64,000 nucleotides of DNA from positions 1 to 64,000 of the IMG/VR virus record IMGVR_UViG_3300020576_002312. One strand, written 5' to 3'. Shown here piece after piece: positions 36,172 to 45,977 of this stretch. This DNA is from a virus (Duplodnaviria; Caudoviricetes). Below the pieces are notes generated by a model. The model was not told the origin of the DNA, made no database searches, and worked only from the letters and a program-made list of their open reading frames with translations. A program made the translations under genes and the position numbers. Positions within the stretch are counted from its first letter, which is position 1; each line of letters starts with the position of its first letter.

Positions 36172-39100
36172 ATGAGTGATATAAAACAGGATATTACCTT
36201 TATCGGGTCGGGACTCGATTCTGATACGTCAAATAAGCTAATGGCATTGGGCGATAGCCCTGTTAGGTTACACGTAGCTGTGACCGATGATAGTCTTCAG
36301 GGAGAACTTGTAACCATGCTTGGTACAAAACTTGTATCATACCAAGGTGGTCTTGCGTTATCGAGGGCTTACTTCGCACATGGGGGTTACTACAACGAGT
36401 TACAGAGGACGGTGTATTATTTCATCTTCAGCCAGCCATTTTTAGATACAAGCGTTCCTTCCCCGACTGAATATATCTACGACAACAGGGTACTTGCATA
36501 CAGGGAAGATACAGGGGTAATTGATACGATATTCATTGATAGAAAAAACTATCTTGAGTTAGATCCCGAAAAACCACTCATACGGCCATGTATGATTAAG
36601 GATTGGCTGTTTATCAATCCGGTGACGAGTCAACCAAAAATGATTGATGTTACAAGGGCTTATAACTATACTAACTTTCCGGCATGGGATTCCACAAAAG
36701 GAGATTATGTTTACGGTGATAGAGTAACTTTCTTTGGCGGTCTATTTGTAGTTATTGCCACGCCAACAGCAGGGCAGTCGCCATCAACGCACCCTACTAA
36801 ATGGAGAAGAATAGGGGATAGTTATCAGAGTGAGTCGAGTACTATTGGCGATGAGCTTTCCGTGGCTTTTAACATGATTAAAACTCCCCCGATAGACGTT
36901 ATTAAAACTGCCTTCGGGAGCGACCCAAGCGTAAGTTCAAATCAGGTTAAGGGTAGGGTATTTAGGTTTTGTCACAGGTATCAGTATTTTGATGATTCAT
37001 ATTCGGTTTACTCTGCTTATACGGGACTTAGTTTACCCGTGGACGATGAATTATATTCGGGAGAGGTTATATACTCGACTACATTCAATAACTATATAGC
37101 ACTCACCTTTAGTCTTTACTCGGCATCCCTTGTAAAGAACATAGAGTTATTCTTTCAGGAGTTAGATGGTTCATGGTATAGGTTAGCAGTCATAAAAAGA
37201 CAAGATCAGACCTTGCTTAATGATGTAAACTATACACATAATTTCTACAATAACGAGTCGTATATTGCAGTTCCAAATAGTGAGGTAGTTAAAGTTCAGG
37301 ATGCAGTACCAAGGGAAGCAGGGTCACTTGAGATAATCAATGAGAATATTCTTACACTAGGGAAATGCACAGAGGGATTTGATAACCTTGAAAAAGATGT
37401 TATTGATGTTACTCTTACCCCTGAGATAAAAGATATAAAGCAGTTCACACAAGAAGATACCTTTAAAAGAAACAATATTCCTGGTGATTTAAGTTATAGT
37501 AACTCTTATGATGAACAACTTGGAGTAAATTTTTACTATACCATACTTGACGTAGGAACATGGTTTGCAGGGAGTGGTATAATAGCAACAGATGTTTATA
37601 AGGCTACTCTTGATGGGTTAACCCAATATAAAACACTCGGAGCAGGAGATGTTGATACGGCTGAACATTTAGCTAATGCAATAGCATCGTTATTTCAGAA
37701 CGCAACGGTATATAATGGTGGTGGGGGGATAGTTAATGTACAAATACTTGACTATTATAAGTTTCCTGAACTAACGCTATCGAGATTCTATTCTCCCGAT
37801 GCGCTTGTTACAGGCACGACAACACTTACTAAGTTCAAGGGGGTAAAAGAGGGTGCGTATCATCCATATTGTCTATTCTATTATGACGGACAAATGAGGC
37901 GTAGTTCAGCGCAGGTAAATAGCGATATGGTTACTTACGTGCCATCCGTAAATGAGTACTCACCTCCCGTTACCACAACTAACCATAAGTGGGATATTAA
38001 TTGGGCAGTCAATCACGAGCCTCCAACATGGGCTAAATATTGGAAATGGGGTTATGCAGGGAATAGAAGATGTTCTTATTTCGTTCAGTATATTATTAGT
38101 AAGGTAGAATTATCTGTCGTAGCACCCGATACGCCCGATGTAAATAATACGGTTAAGGTTAATATCACTCCATTACAGACGCTACGCACAACATCAGAGG
38201 TTGGGTGGAACTGTTTCCCAAATTCTATTATTCCTCAATATCAATTTACCGAGGGTGATAGGATAAGGTTTATAACAGAACTTACAGACCCAACACTCGC
38301 AGGCACTCTCTTAGGGGATGTTCTTAATGGTATATACGATTTTGAGATACTAAAATTCGATGAGACCACGAATATGCTCTATGTTCAGTCTTTTGACTTT
38401 GGGACGGCAAACATAGGGGTAAATAGCCTCGTAGAGATTTATACTCCAAGGAAAACGACAGAAGTAGAGTTCTATTATGAGTTCAGTGACCTTTTACCTA
38501 TCGTGACTGATATTAATGGCAAAAGTGCTCATGGGGCAGTTAATTCAGCCAATAATCAGGTAGTAGGTGTATCTCCCGCAACAGGTGTATTTGAGAGTGG
38601 GGATATTTATCATATCTATCGTACGCCAAGTAAGCCATTATCCGAGGATATAAGTGAAACCTTTATGGGGGCTTTCCACGAGTCAATGTGGTGGAGTGAT
38701 TTTTACAAGAGTGACGATTGGAATAGAGGCAAGATAGGTATTGAGAATCCCATAGGCGAGGTAACGACAAACCTCGTGAGGTATTCAAATCCTTATTTTC
38801 AAGGGACACAGATAAACGGACTCACAACTTTTGAAGAAGAAAGTAAGAAAGAGATAAACGATGTATTTGGTGACATACAGGCACTCGTAGAGGTAGGTGA
38901 TACATTAAAAGTATATCAGACTAAGAAAGCAAGTGCAATACTCATAGGTAAGACAGAGTACACAGATTCATCGGGACAACAGACAACGCCCGAACTTACT
39001 ACAAGGACATTGGGATCTATTCGTTACCCTGAAAGTAACTATGGTACGATATTCCCTGAGTCTATTGTAAAAAATAACAGGTACGTTTACGGCTTTGACG

Positions 39101-41007
39101 TTCATAATGGCGTGGTGTGGAGAGATTCCCCTTCAGGGATATTCCCAATAAGCGGTAGATATGCAGAGGCAGGGGGTGATGTAGATTACAAGATGCAGAC
39201 CTATTTCAAGAATAAGTCAAAGGCATTAATGGAGTCGGGCGTTGACCATATCAAGTGTATAGGTGTTTGGGACGGGGAGAATAAGATGTACGTTCTGTCT
39301 ATCAAAGATACCGTCAATGAGGAGAATAATGATACTATCATGTTCCACGAGCCAAGTAACAGGTGGATTACATACGCTGACTTCACTAAGACACCGACAG
39401 GGGGATATAACCAACTACTTGAACTTACATGGGAAGTTGTTAAGGGTTTTGAGAATGGCATAGGTCTTTCGTTTGATTATACAACAAGATTTGCGGTGTT
39501 TGATATAGGTAGCGGGCTTGGTACGTCAGCCAACGCATCGGTAGTACCGCCAAGTGACGGGTTGGGATTAAGAACCTATATTCCGCTTCCGACAATCACT
39601 TGCACAGCAGGGGTAACACCCGATGAGATACCTATGGTGATGACGATACCTGACCCTGTAATACATATATCATCCTTATCGGTAAGCGAAGATACAATGC
39701 TTTGGGATGCAGATCAGAGTGGTGTGGGTGATAAGATAACTACGATGCTATCTAGTATCAATAATCCTTATATAGCAGCTACCTTTATCCTTGAAAGTAA
39801 GCCTTCGTGGATTACGATACTTGAAGAAGGCAGAGCTATCTTTATCAATAACGGAGATACCGTATCACTTACCACTAATCTTTGGGTTTATCCGACACTT
39901 GACAATACGGGAGCACAGAGAGCAGGACAGATTATCTTTAAGGATAGTTTCGGTAACAGAGCAGTAGTCTATTGCACACAGCAAATAGCACTTGTTAATC
40001 CGATAGTTATTCTCGCAATTAATCCCGCAGACACATCAGACCTTGGTATTGGCATGGGAAGTAGTGGTAGTAATTCGGTGGGTACAACAAGAGTGAACCT
40101 AACTGACTTAAATCTCTACAATCCTGGTCGGGCAAATGGAGCAACCTTTGAAGTATTCTACGCAATAACAAGGGATGGGGTTAATGATGCTTCGGGTTCA
40201 TTCGATTATAGAAATGGTGTTATAACAACTACATTCGTTTTACTTAACTCAATATCAACTTCGGGTGAGCAAATTATAGTGTATTTTAGCAGTGCATCAC
40301 ACTCAATACCTATTGATCCTGTAAATGCGAGTGTTCTCGCTGACCCGATAAATATGGTTATCACTATTCCAAAACCGACAATCGTTGTGTCGTGGATTAG
40401 CTTTACCAATACCACGATGACATGGCCTGCAAGTAATAATTCTTACGCAAGCAAGCAGAGTGCGGTAGCCACGTTCCATTCAACCGTGAGTGCGTTCTTA
40501 CAATCATTTCCTTCGTGGATTACTATAATAAATGAATCACACGGGGGTACAATGTTTGTAGGTGACTTAGTAAGAGATGGCGATACTTTGAGTATATACC
40601 CAAATACTACCAATGCTCTCTATGTTCCCAAGGTGGGTACTATCAACTTCAATGACTCGGTGGGTAATATAACTCATATCAACGTCACTCACCAAGCTAC
40701 ATTACTACCGCCAAGCGTTACCATACAGATGCACCCAAGCGATAGGTCAGGTACTACACTCTCACTTATCTCAGGAACGGGCAGTGCAGGCAGTAGTAAT
40801 ATTAGTATTACCTTTACACCGAACTACCCGCATGTAGCTTACGGCAGACCGATAGATTTCAATTATGAGATATGGAAAGACGGAGTGCCTGTTGGTAGTG
40901 GTAGTATGTTTAGTCTGTTAAATCAGAGGGCAAATACAAGAGCATTGACGATGACAAGTCCCGCAGAGGCAGGGCAAACGATAATAATATATTTACAAGA
41001 ACCTTAA
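36172..41007 (+). CDS. tail muzzle/stabilisation protein N-terminal part fused to Ig/BACON-like repeat extension
   Basis: FCHRYQYFDDSYS; LTLGKCTEGF; HPYCLFYYD; FGDIQAL; YGFDVHNG; TIMFHEPSNRW, then repeats. Confidence 0.8.
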   Translation: MSDIKQDITFIGSGLDSDTSNKLMALGDSPVRLHVAVTDDSLQGELVTMLGTKLVSYQGGLALSRAYFAHGGYYNELQRTVYYFIFSQPFLDTSVPSPTEYIYDNRVLAYREDTGVIDTIFIDRKNYLELDPEKPLIRPCMIKDWLFINPVTSQPKMIDVTRAYNYTNFPAWDSTKGDYVYGDRVTFFGGLFVVIATPTAGQSPSTHPTKWRRIGDSYQSESSTIGDELSVAFNMIKTPPIDVIKTAFGSDPSVSSNQVKGRVFRFCHRYQYFDDSYSVYSAYTGLSLPVDDELYSGEVIYSTTFNNYIALTFSLYSASLVKNIELFFQELDGSWYRLAVIKRQDQTLLNDVNYTHNFYNNESYIAVPNSEVVKVQDAVPREAGSLEIINENILTLGKCTEGFDNLEKDVIDVTLTPEIKDIKQFTQEDTFKRNNIPGDLSYSNSYDEQLGVNFYYTILDVGTWFAGSGIIATDVYKATLDGLTQYKTLGAGDVDTAEHLANAIASLFQNATVYNGGGGIVNVQILDYYKFPELTLSRFYSPDALVTGTTTLTKFKGVKEGAYHPYCLFYYDGQMRRSSAQVNSDMVTYVPSVNEYSPPVTTTNHKWDINWAVNHEPPTWAKYWKWGYAGNRRCSYFVQYIISKVELSVVAPDTPDVNNTVKVNITPLQTLRTTSEVGWNCFPNSIIPQYQFTEGDRIRFITELTDPTLAGTLLGDVLNGIYDFEILKFDETTNMLYVQSFDFGTANIGVNSLVEIYTPRKTTEVEFYYEFSDLLPIVTDINGKSAHGAVNSANNQVVGVSPATGVFESGDIYHIYRTPSKPLSEDISETFMGAFHESMWWSDFYKSDDWNRGKIGIENPIGEVTTNLVRYSNPYFQGTQINGLTTFEEESKKEINDVFGDIQALVEVGDTLKVYQTKKASAILIGKTEYTDSSGQQTTPELTTRTLGSIRYPESNYGTIFPESIVKNNRYVYGFDVHNGVVWRDSPSGIFPISGRYAEAGGDVDYKMQTYFKNKSKALMESGVDHIKCIGVWDGENKMYVLSIKDTVNEENNDTIMFHEPSNRWITYADFTKTPTGGYNQLLELTWEVVKGFENGIGLSFDYTTRFAVFDIGSGLGTSANASVVPPSDGLGLRTYIPLPTITCTAGVTPDEIPMVMTIPDPVIHISSLSVSEDTMLWDADQSGVGDKITTMLSSINNPYIAATFILESKPSWITILEEGRAIFINNGDTVSLTTNLWVYPTLDNTGAQRAGQIIFKDSFGNRAVVYCTQQIALVNPIVILAINPADTSDLGIGMGSSGSNSVGTTRVNLTDLNLYNPGRANGATFEVFYAITRDGVNDASGSFDYRNGVITTTFVLLNSISTSGEQIIVYFSSASHSIPIDPVNASVLADPINMVITIPKPTIVVSWISFTNTTMTWPASNNSYASKQSAVATFHSTVSAFLQSFPSWITIINESHGGTMFVGDLVRDGDTLSIYPNTTNALYVPKVGTINFNDSVGNITHINVTHQATLLPPSVTIQMHPSDRSGTTLSLISGTGSAGSSNISITFTPNYPHVAYGRPIDFNYEIWKDGVPVGSGSMFSLLNQRANTRALTMTSPAEAGQTIIIYLQEP

Positions 41008-41022
41008 TAAATTTAAAATACA

Positions 41023-41439
41023 ATGGCAAGTTCAATTCCAAGGGCAAGAAGAAAAGAGTATGCAGATACGCTTGTGGCGAAAGCACTCAAGGTAGCGTTC
41101 TTTACTAACCTTACGGGGTATGATCCTTTAACAGCAACTACTTACGCAGCGTTAGCGGGGACAGCAAGTGAGGTTTCCAACGCAGGGACAGGCTACACTA
41201 CGGGAGGATATTCTCTTACAGGAAAATCATCATCTAATCTTGCTACTAATGGGGCAATAATGACAGCCGATGCAACAGTACTTGGTTCAGCAACCTTTAC
41301 TGCTCAGTATGGTGTTATCTACGACTCTGCAACGGGAAAGATTGAGGGTGTATCTGATTGGTTAACTCCTTATAGCGTAACCAACGGAACGATCACAATA
41401 ACTTGGGATACAGTAGCGGGTTTGTTTAACGTACAGTAG
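41023..41439 (+). CDS. small fibre-associated structural protein
   Basis: LKVAFFT...EVSNAGTGYTTGG...YGVIYD...NGTITITW pattern. Confidence 0.65.
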   Translation: MASSIPRARRKEYADTLVAKALKVAFFTNLTGYDPLTATTYAALAGTASEVSNAGTGYTTGGYSLTGKSSSNLATNGAIMTADATVLGSATFTAQYGVIYDSATGKIEGVSDWLTPYSVTNGTITITWDTVAGLFNVQ

Positions 41440-41448
41440 TAAAGGGTT

Positions 41449-42960
41449 ATGGATAAGCCGAATGTCCTTAAAAGTTCACCGTTTTACATGTCACAAGGCG
41501 ATGTATTATACCTACTTTTCGTAGATGAAAACGGGGATACACCTACCTTTACTTTGAACTCAGAGAACGATGAACTTAGTCCACCTACTGCACCCGTAGC
41601 TACCGATGCAACGTCTGTTACGTCAAGTAGTTTTGTTGCCAACTGGAACTTCACAGAGAACGCAACAGAGTATTTCCTTGATGTAGCAACCGATAGTGCG
41701 TTCACGAGTTTAGTTGCGGGGTATGATAATAAATCAGTGGGTAATGTGACTTCGGCAAGCGTGGTGGGGCTAACAGATGCTTATACATATTATTATAGGA
41801 CAAGAGGTGGTAACTATAACGGAATAGGAAATAACTCAAATACGATAGACTTAACCACAGCGATAGAGAACGTAGTTGATGCAGATGGTAATGTTTATAC
41901 TTATGTAACCATAGGCACTCAGCAATGGATGGTAGAGAACTTAAAGACCACTAAGTATGCTGATGGAACTCCAATACCAAATGTTGCAACTTCATTTAGT
42001 GATTGGTTCTTACCATCTAAGGATGAATTAAATGCCATGTATCAAGAATTAGAGGTGCATGGAGTGGGAGGATTTAGTGATGATATGGGAAGTTATTCTA
42101 CATCAATATATTTAACATCATCAGAAGCGGCTGCTATTCCGGCAGGGCTTGTATGCGTGCAATCTTTTGCTGATGGTGTTCAATATGAAAATATATTTAA
42201 AAATGAGGATCATAATGTAAGACCATGTAGGGCATTTACATCTATATCGCCATCATATTCATTGAGAGACATAGGCCCAGCGGGGGGATATATCTTTTGG
42301 AAATCGGGCAACAATTATCTTGAAGCTATGGCTTATGATATCGGTAGTTACGATTGGAGTAATATTACAGGTCTACAGGTAGGCACGGCTACAGCAATAG
42401 GAACAGGTCAGGCTAATACCACTGCTATTATAGGTCAAGTAGGGCACACCGTTAGTGCTGCCAAATATTGTGATGATTTCATTTTAACAAGCGATTTATT
42501 TTGGGTTAATGATACTAATGGCGCATACTGTTGGTACAACAACGACATAGCAAACAAGACACCTTACGGAGCACTCTATAATTGGTACGCAGTAGATAAC
42601 GCACATGGACTTGCACCTACGGGGTGGAGAGTGCCAAGCGATGCTGATTTTACTACGTTGATAACTTATATAGGTGGAGACGCAGTTGCGGGTGGAAAAT
42701 TAAAAGAGCAGGGAATTACTCATTGGATAACACCAAATACGGGCGCAACTGATGATTATGGGTTTGCGCATCGTGGCGGGGGGCGAAGATATTTAGGATT
42801 ATTTGATACTCTAATGCAGACAGGCTATTTAAGAAGTTCTTCTATTTGGGCAACATCGTCTGTTTTTTTTACAGGACATACTATTACTAATATGAATATT
42901 GGGTATTATGACAAAACAGATGGCTATTCAATTAGGTGTATGCGTGACGTGACTCCTTAA
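41449..42960 (+). CDS. adhesin: FN3 domain + Fibrobacter succinogenes major-paralog lectin domain with inserted Lcl/DUF1566-like domain
   Basis: FN3 SFVANW..YFLDVA..YYYR; DADGNVY..IGTQQWMVENL; GALYNWYAV; GWRVPS; YSIRCMRD. Confidence 0.8.
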   Translation: MDKPNVLKSSPFYMSQGDVLYLLFVDENGDTPTFTLNSENDELSPPTAPVATDATSVTSSSFVANWNFTENATEYFLDVATDSAFTSLVAGYDNKSVGNVTSASVVGLTDAYTYYYRTRGGNYNGIGNNSNTIDLTTAIENVVDADGNVYTYVTIGTQQWMVENLKTTKYADGTPIPNVATSFSDWFLPSKDELNAMYQELEVHGVGGFSDDMGSYSTSIYLTSSEAAAIPAGLVCVQSFADGVQYENIFKNEDHNVRPCRAFTSISPSYSLRDIGPAGGYIFWKSGNNYLEAMAYDIGSYDWSNITGLQVGTATAIGTGQANTTAIIGQVGHTVSAAKYCDDFILTSDLFWVNDTNGAYCWYNNDIANKTPYGALYNWYAVDNAHGLAPTGWRVPSDADFTTLITYIGGDAVAGGKLKEQGITHWITPNTGATDDYGFAHRGGGRRYLGLFDTLMQTGYLRSSSIWATSSVFFTGHTITNMNIGYYDKTDGYSIRCMRDVTP

Positions 42961-42972
42961 CAGATAAAAGCT

Positions 42973-43569
42973 ATGGCAGAAAGAATAGTAGAAATAATGA
43001 GTGATAGTGACGGACGAAAGCACCTTGAGCTTGGTCTTGATGCTGAATCCTTGTCATCGTTCCGTTTACAGATGTGGATTCATAAAAACGGGAAACGTGC
43101 AGTGGATTGGATGAATAACCTGTCGCTTAGTTATATTTCCTTTATCAATGGAGATTTATACGTACACAACTCACATGAAGTGCCGAGATTGTTCTTATTC
43201 GGAGAGCAGAAAGAAGCTAAGATAGGTCTTGTAGCAAACCAAGAACCACAGGAGATAAAACTACTTGACTCACTTATGCTCGACACAGATGGGGCATGGG
43301 AGGTTGAATCGGTAGTCATTCCCCCGTCAATGAACTATCCTGACGGACACTATTCACAGATACCCGCAAGTATGTTTGTCAAAAGAGAGGGCATTTACGA
43401 GTCGGAGTTCCTTAGAAATATGAAGACAAGCAGTTCAACTATCAATCCTATTGAGGCGTTGACAGGAGAACCACTTCGAGGTAATGAAGCGTTGATAACA
43501 CTACGTACGACAAGCGGGGATAGGGTTAGGCTCTTTCGTTGTCAGATAAACATGACCAAAAGTAGATAA
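42973..43569 (+). CDS. tail muzzle C-terminal part (separate ORF)
   Basis: WMNNL..SFINGDLYVHN..FGEQ..NQEP..K..W..KREG..LRG matches my recollection of muzzle C-termini. Confidence 0.65.
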   Translation: MAERIVEIMSDSDGRKHLELGLDAESLSSFRLQMWIHKNGKRAVDWMNNLSLSYISFINGDLYVHNSHEVPRLFLFGEQKEAKIGLVANQEPQEIKLLDSLMLDTDGAWEVESVVIPPSMNYPDGHYSQIPASMFVKREGIYESEFLRNMKTSSSTINPIEALTGEPLRGNEALITLRTTSGDRVRLFRCQINMTKSR

Positions 43570-43608
43570 GATAAAAGTTGATTACCTTTGTAACTAAATC
43601 ACAATAGT

Positions 43609-44316
43609 ATGAGTTTTACACCTTGGGGTATAGCAGCGAACACGGCACTTGGATTAACCAAGGGGGTGCTAGGTATTTTTCAGGCAGCCAAAGCAAGCAA
43701 AGGTTTACGTAACTTACAACAGCCACAATATCAGACACCCGAATCACTTACACAGATGGGAAACTTGGCAAGGCAGATGGCAAGTGCTACGGAAATGCCA
43801 GGTCAAAGACAGGTTGAAGATAAGTTAGGACAGACACAGGCAGAGGGCGTGAGTAATGCGATGAAGTTTGCTACGAGTGCTCTTGCAGGACAGAACGCAG
43901 CAGAGAACCTTGCATCGAAGAAGATGCAGGCAATACAAGACTTGGGTGGTATGTTCGCAGAGTATAAGTCTAAAAGACAACAGGATTTGATGAACGTGAT
44001 GGGACAAGAGGCTCAAGACCAACAGACCAAGTGGAACTTAAACGAATATCAGCCATATCAGATTAAAAAGAATGAGTTGACCGACCAAAGACAGCAGGGA
44101 TGGAATAATATGTTTGGAGGTGTTGATAGTGCGTTGTCGGGGATTACCAACTTAGCGGGCACAAATGACTATTTAAAAGTACTTAAGGGGATGCAACCGC
44201 AGTTTGGTAACACGGGGAATGCTCAAGCTAATACTTCTTTAGGGAATAATAATCAGTGGGCTAATTGGGCAAATCCAAATTTTCAGATGCCACAATATAA
44301 TTATAAACCGTACTAA
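43609..44316 (+). CDS. cargo/ejection (pilot-like) protein
   Basis: Gly/Ala-rich hydrophobic N-terminus, Q/M-rich coiled coil; promoter TACCTTTG at 43583. Confidence 0.65.
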   Translation: MSFTPWGIAANTALGLTKGVLGIFQAAKASKGLRNLQQPQYQTPESLTQMGNLARQMASATEMPGQRQVEDKLGQTQAEGVSNAMKFATSALAGQNAAENLASKKMQAIQDLGGMFAEYKSKRQQDLMNVMGQEAQDQQTKWNLNEYQPYQIKKNELTDQRQQGWNNMFGGVDSALSGITNLAGTNDYLKVLKGMQPQFGNTGNAQANTSLGNNNQWANWANPNFQMPQYNYKPY

Positions 44317-45665
44317 TGGCAGAGTTTTCAACAATTTACGATGGCAAAAATAGTGCAGTAAGACTACCTGATTTAGATAAGACCGAGAAAGCATTATCTC
44401 GCTCTGCGGATTTGCAGATTCGTGGAGAAGAAATGAAGCTCGATAAATCTTTAAAGGATAAAGAACGCCTTCTTGATACAATGAAGACAGTTCCATTGTC
44501 ATTTCATAATGAGATGCTGATGACTCGTCAGGCGTATGAACTTGAAAAGTATAAAAATTTAGGTGCATCGCTTTACGCAAAATACGGAACAGACTTACCT
44601 ATAACAAAACAGATTGAACTTGGTAACGCTAAGTCTGCGTTAGAACAAAAGCAAAAGACATGGCAGGCAGAGTCAGAAACTGCTCAAAGAATAATGGATA
44701 TTTTATCTAAAGATAACGGGCATTATTATGACCATGATTTAGGGATAACTGCTTATAAAAAATGGCTTAAAGATCCCGAAAACAATAGGTTTGATGAGTC
44801 CGCATTAAGTGTTGCACCACAGAGCATGGGTGGGTGGTTAAGAACGCAAGCGAAGAATATGCCTGCATCAACAAATCCCGTTCTTATCAATGGGAGATGG
44901 GTTGACCAAAGAATAGTCTCTGACGATATGAAAAAAGAGGTGATATTTGAGGGGTTAAAAGATGAGGCTAAGCTTAAAGGGGTTATCGCTGATTTCGATG
45001 AATGGACACGCACAGCACCACAACATGAGGTGATTGCCTTATTGGACAAAAACGGTGACGGAGTAGTATCACCCGAAGAAAGAACTGTTGCTAATAGCGG
45101 AGCAAGATTTAAAGATAGTCCTATCGTACAGTGGGCAATGAGCAATCCTAATTATCTCAAGCAGATGGATCAGGACGAGGGCGTATCAAAGAATATACAA
45201 AGAACAAGCATAGGTAGTGGTAGTAACGACAGTTCATGGGCATCACTGAAGATAGGTAACGGCAAGGCTATTAATTATCAACCATCGGATAGAATGTCTG
45301 TTACTTTAGGGAGTTCAGATTACAGCACATATCATGTCATACCTGAATGGCCTACCATGACTATTCCTACAACTAACGTAGAGATACAAACACCACAGGG
45401 CAACAAAGAAAAGACCACAGTAAGAAGTATTGCAGTACAGCCTACGGGTTATGATGAGGATAAGGATGAATTTACATTCATTGCCAAGTCTAACTACAAG
45501 GGTGGGGGCACAATGGGTACAGGTGATCAGATAGCCATAAAGAGACAGTATGTTCCTCGTGAGTTCGATAACTTTGAGATACTTGTCAATGGACAGAGGA
45601 TAAAAATCAAAGACCTAAAGAGAGAGCAACCACAGAAGAAAACAGGGGCACTCGACAATCTGTAA
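44316..45665 (+). CDS. cargo/ejection protein with EF-hand-like loop
   Basis: Position; DKNGDGVVSPEE at 45045-45080. Confidence 0.55.
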   Translation: MAEFSTIYDGKNSAVRLPDLDKTEKALSRSADLQIRGEEMKLDKSLKDKERLLDTMKTVPLSFHNEMLMTRQAYELEKYKNLGASLYAKYGTDLPITKQIELGNAKSALEQKQKTWQAESETAQRIMDILSKDNGHYYDHDLGITAYKKWLKDPENNRFDESALSVAPQSMGGWLRTQAKNMPASTNPVLINGRWVDQRIVSDDMKKEVIFEGLKDEAKLKGVIADFDEWTRTAPQHEVIALLDKNGDGVVSPEERTVANSGARFKDSPIVQWAMSNPNYLKQMDQDEGVSKNIQRTSIGSGSNDSSWASLKIGNGKAINYQPSDRMSVTLGSSDYSTYHVIPEWPTMTIPTTNVEIQTPQGNKEKTTVRSIAVQPTGYDEDKDEFTFIAKSNYKGGGTMGTGDQIAIKRQYVPREFDNFEILVNGQRIKIKDLKREQPQKKTGALDNL

Positions 45666-45752
45666 AATAATTCCAAATAAATTTGCATAAGTCATTTCTT
45701 TGGTTTACATTTGTCAGAAATATAGTATAAAAAACTGACAGAATTAAAGACA

Positions 45753-45965
45753 ATGACCCGCACAAAGTTCCTTATATGGCTAACAATAGTAGTTCTTATC
45801 GCTATCTCGGTGATAGATGCTTTCTGGGGTGGTGCAATAATCTTTGACCAACTTCAACGATACACCTTTCTGTTTGTAGCACTGCTATGCGTGGGTTGTA
45901 TTGTGTGGTACTTTGTTAAGGATGTGCTGATGCAAAAACCTGTGAAAAAACGAAGTCAAAAATAA
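45753..45965 (+). CDS. small two-TM membrane protein (moron-like)
   Basis: Two hydrophobic helices, basic tail; promoter TACATTTG at 45706. Confidence 0.65.
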   Translation: MTRTKFLIWLTIVVLIAISVIDAFWGGAIIFDQLQRYTFLFVALLCVGCIVWYFVKDVLMQKPVKKRSQK

Positions 45966-45977
45966 TGCTTATCTTTG

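Noticed and set aside
41449-42960. Complete diversity-generating retroelement
   Set aside because: No reverse transcriptase and no template repeat were seen in the window; only target-like domains are present
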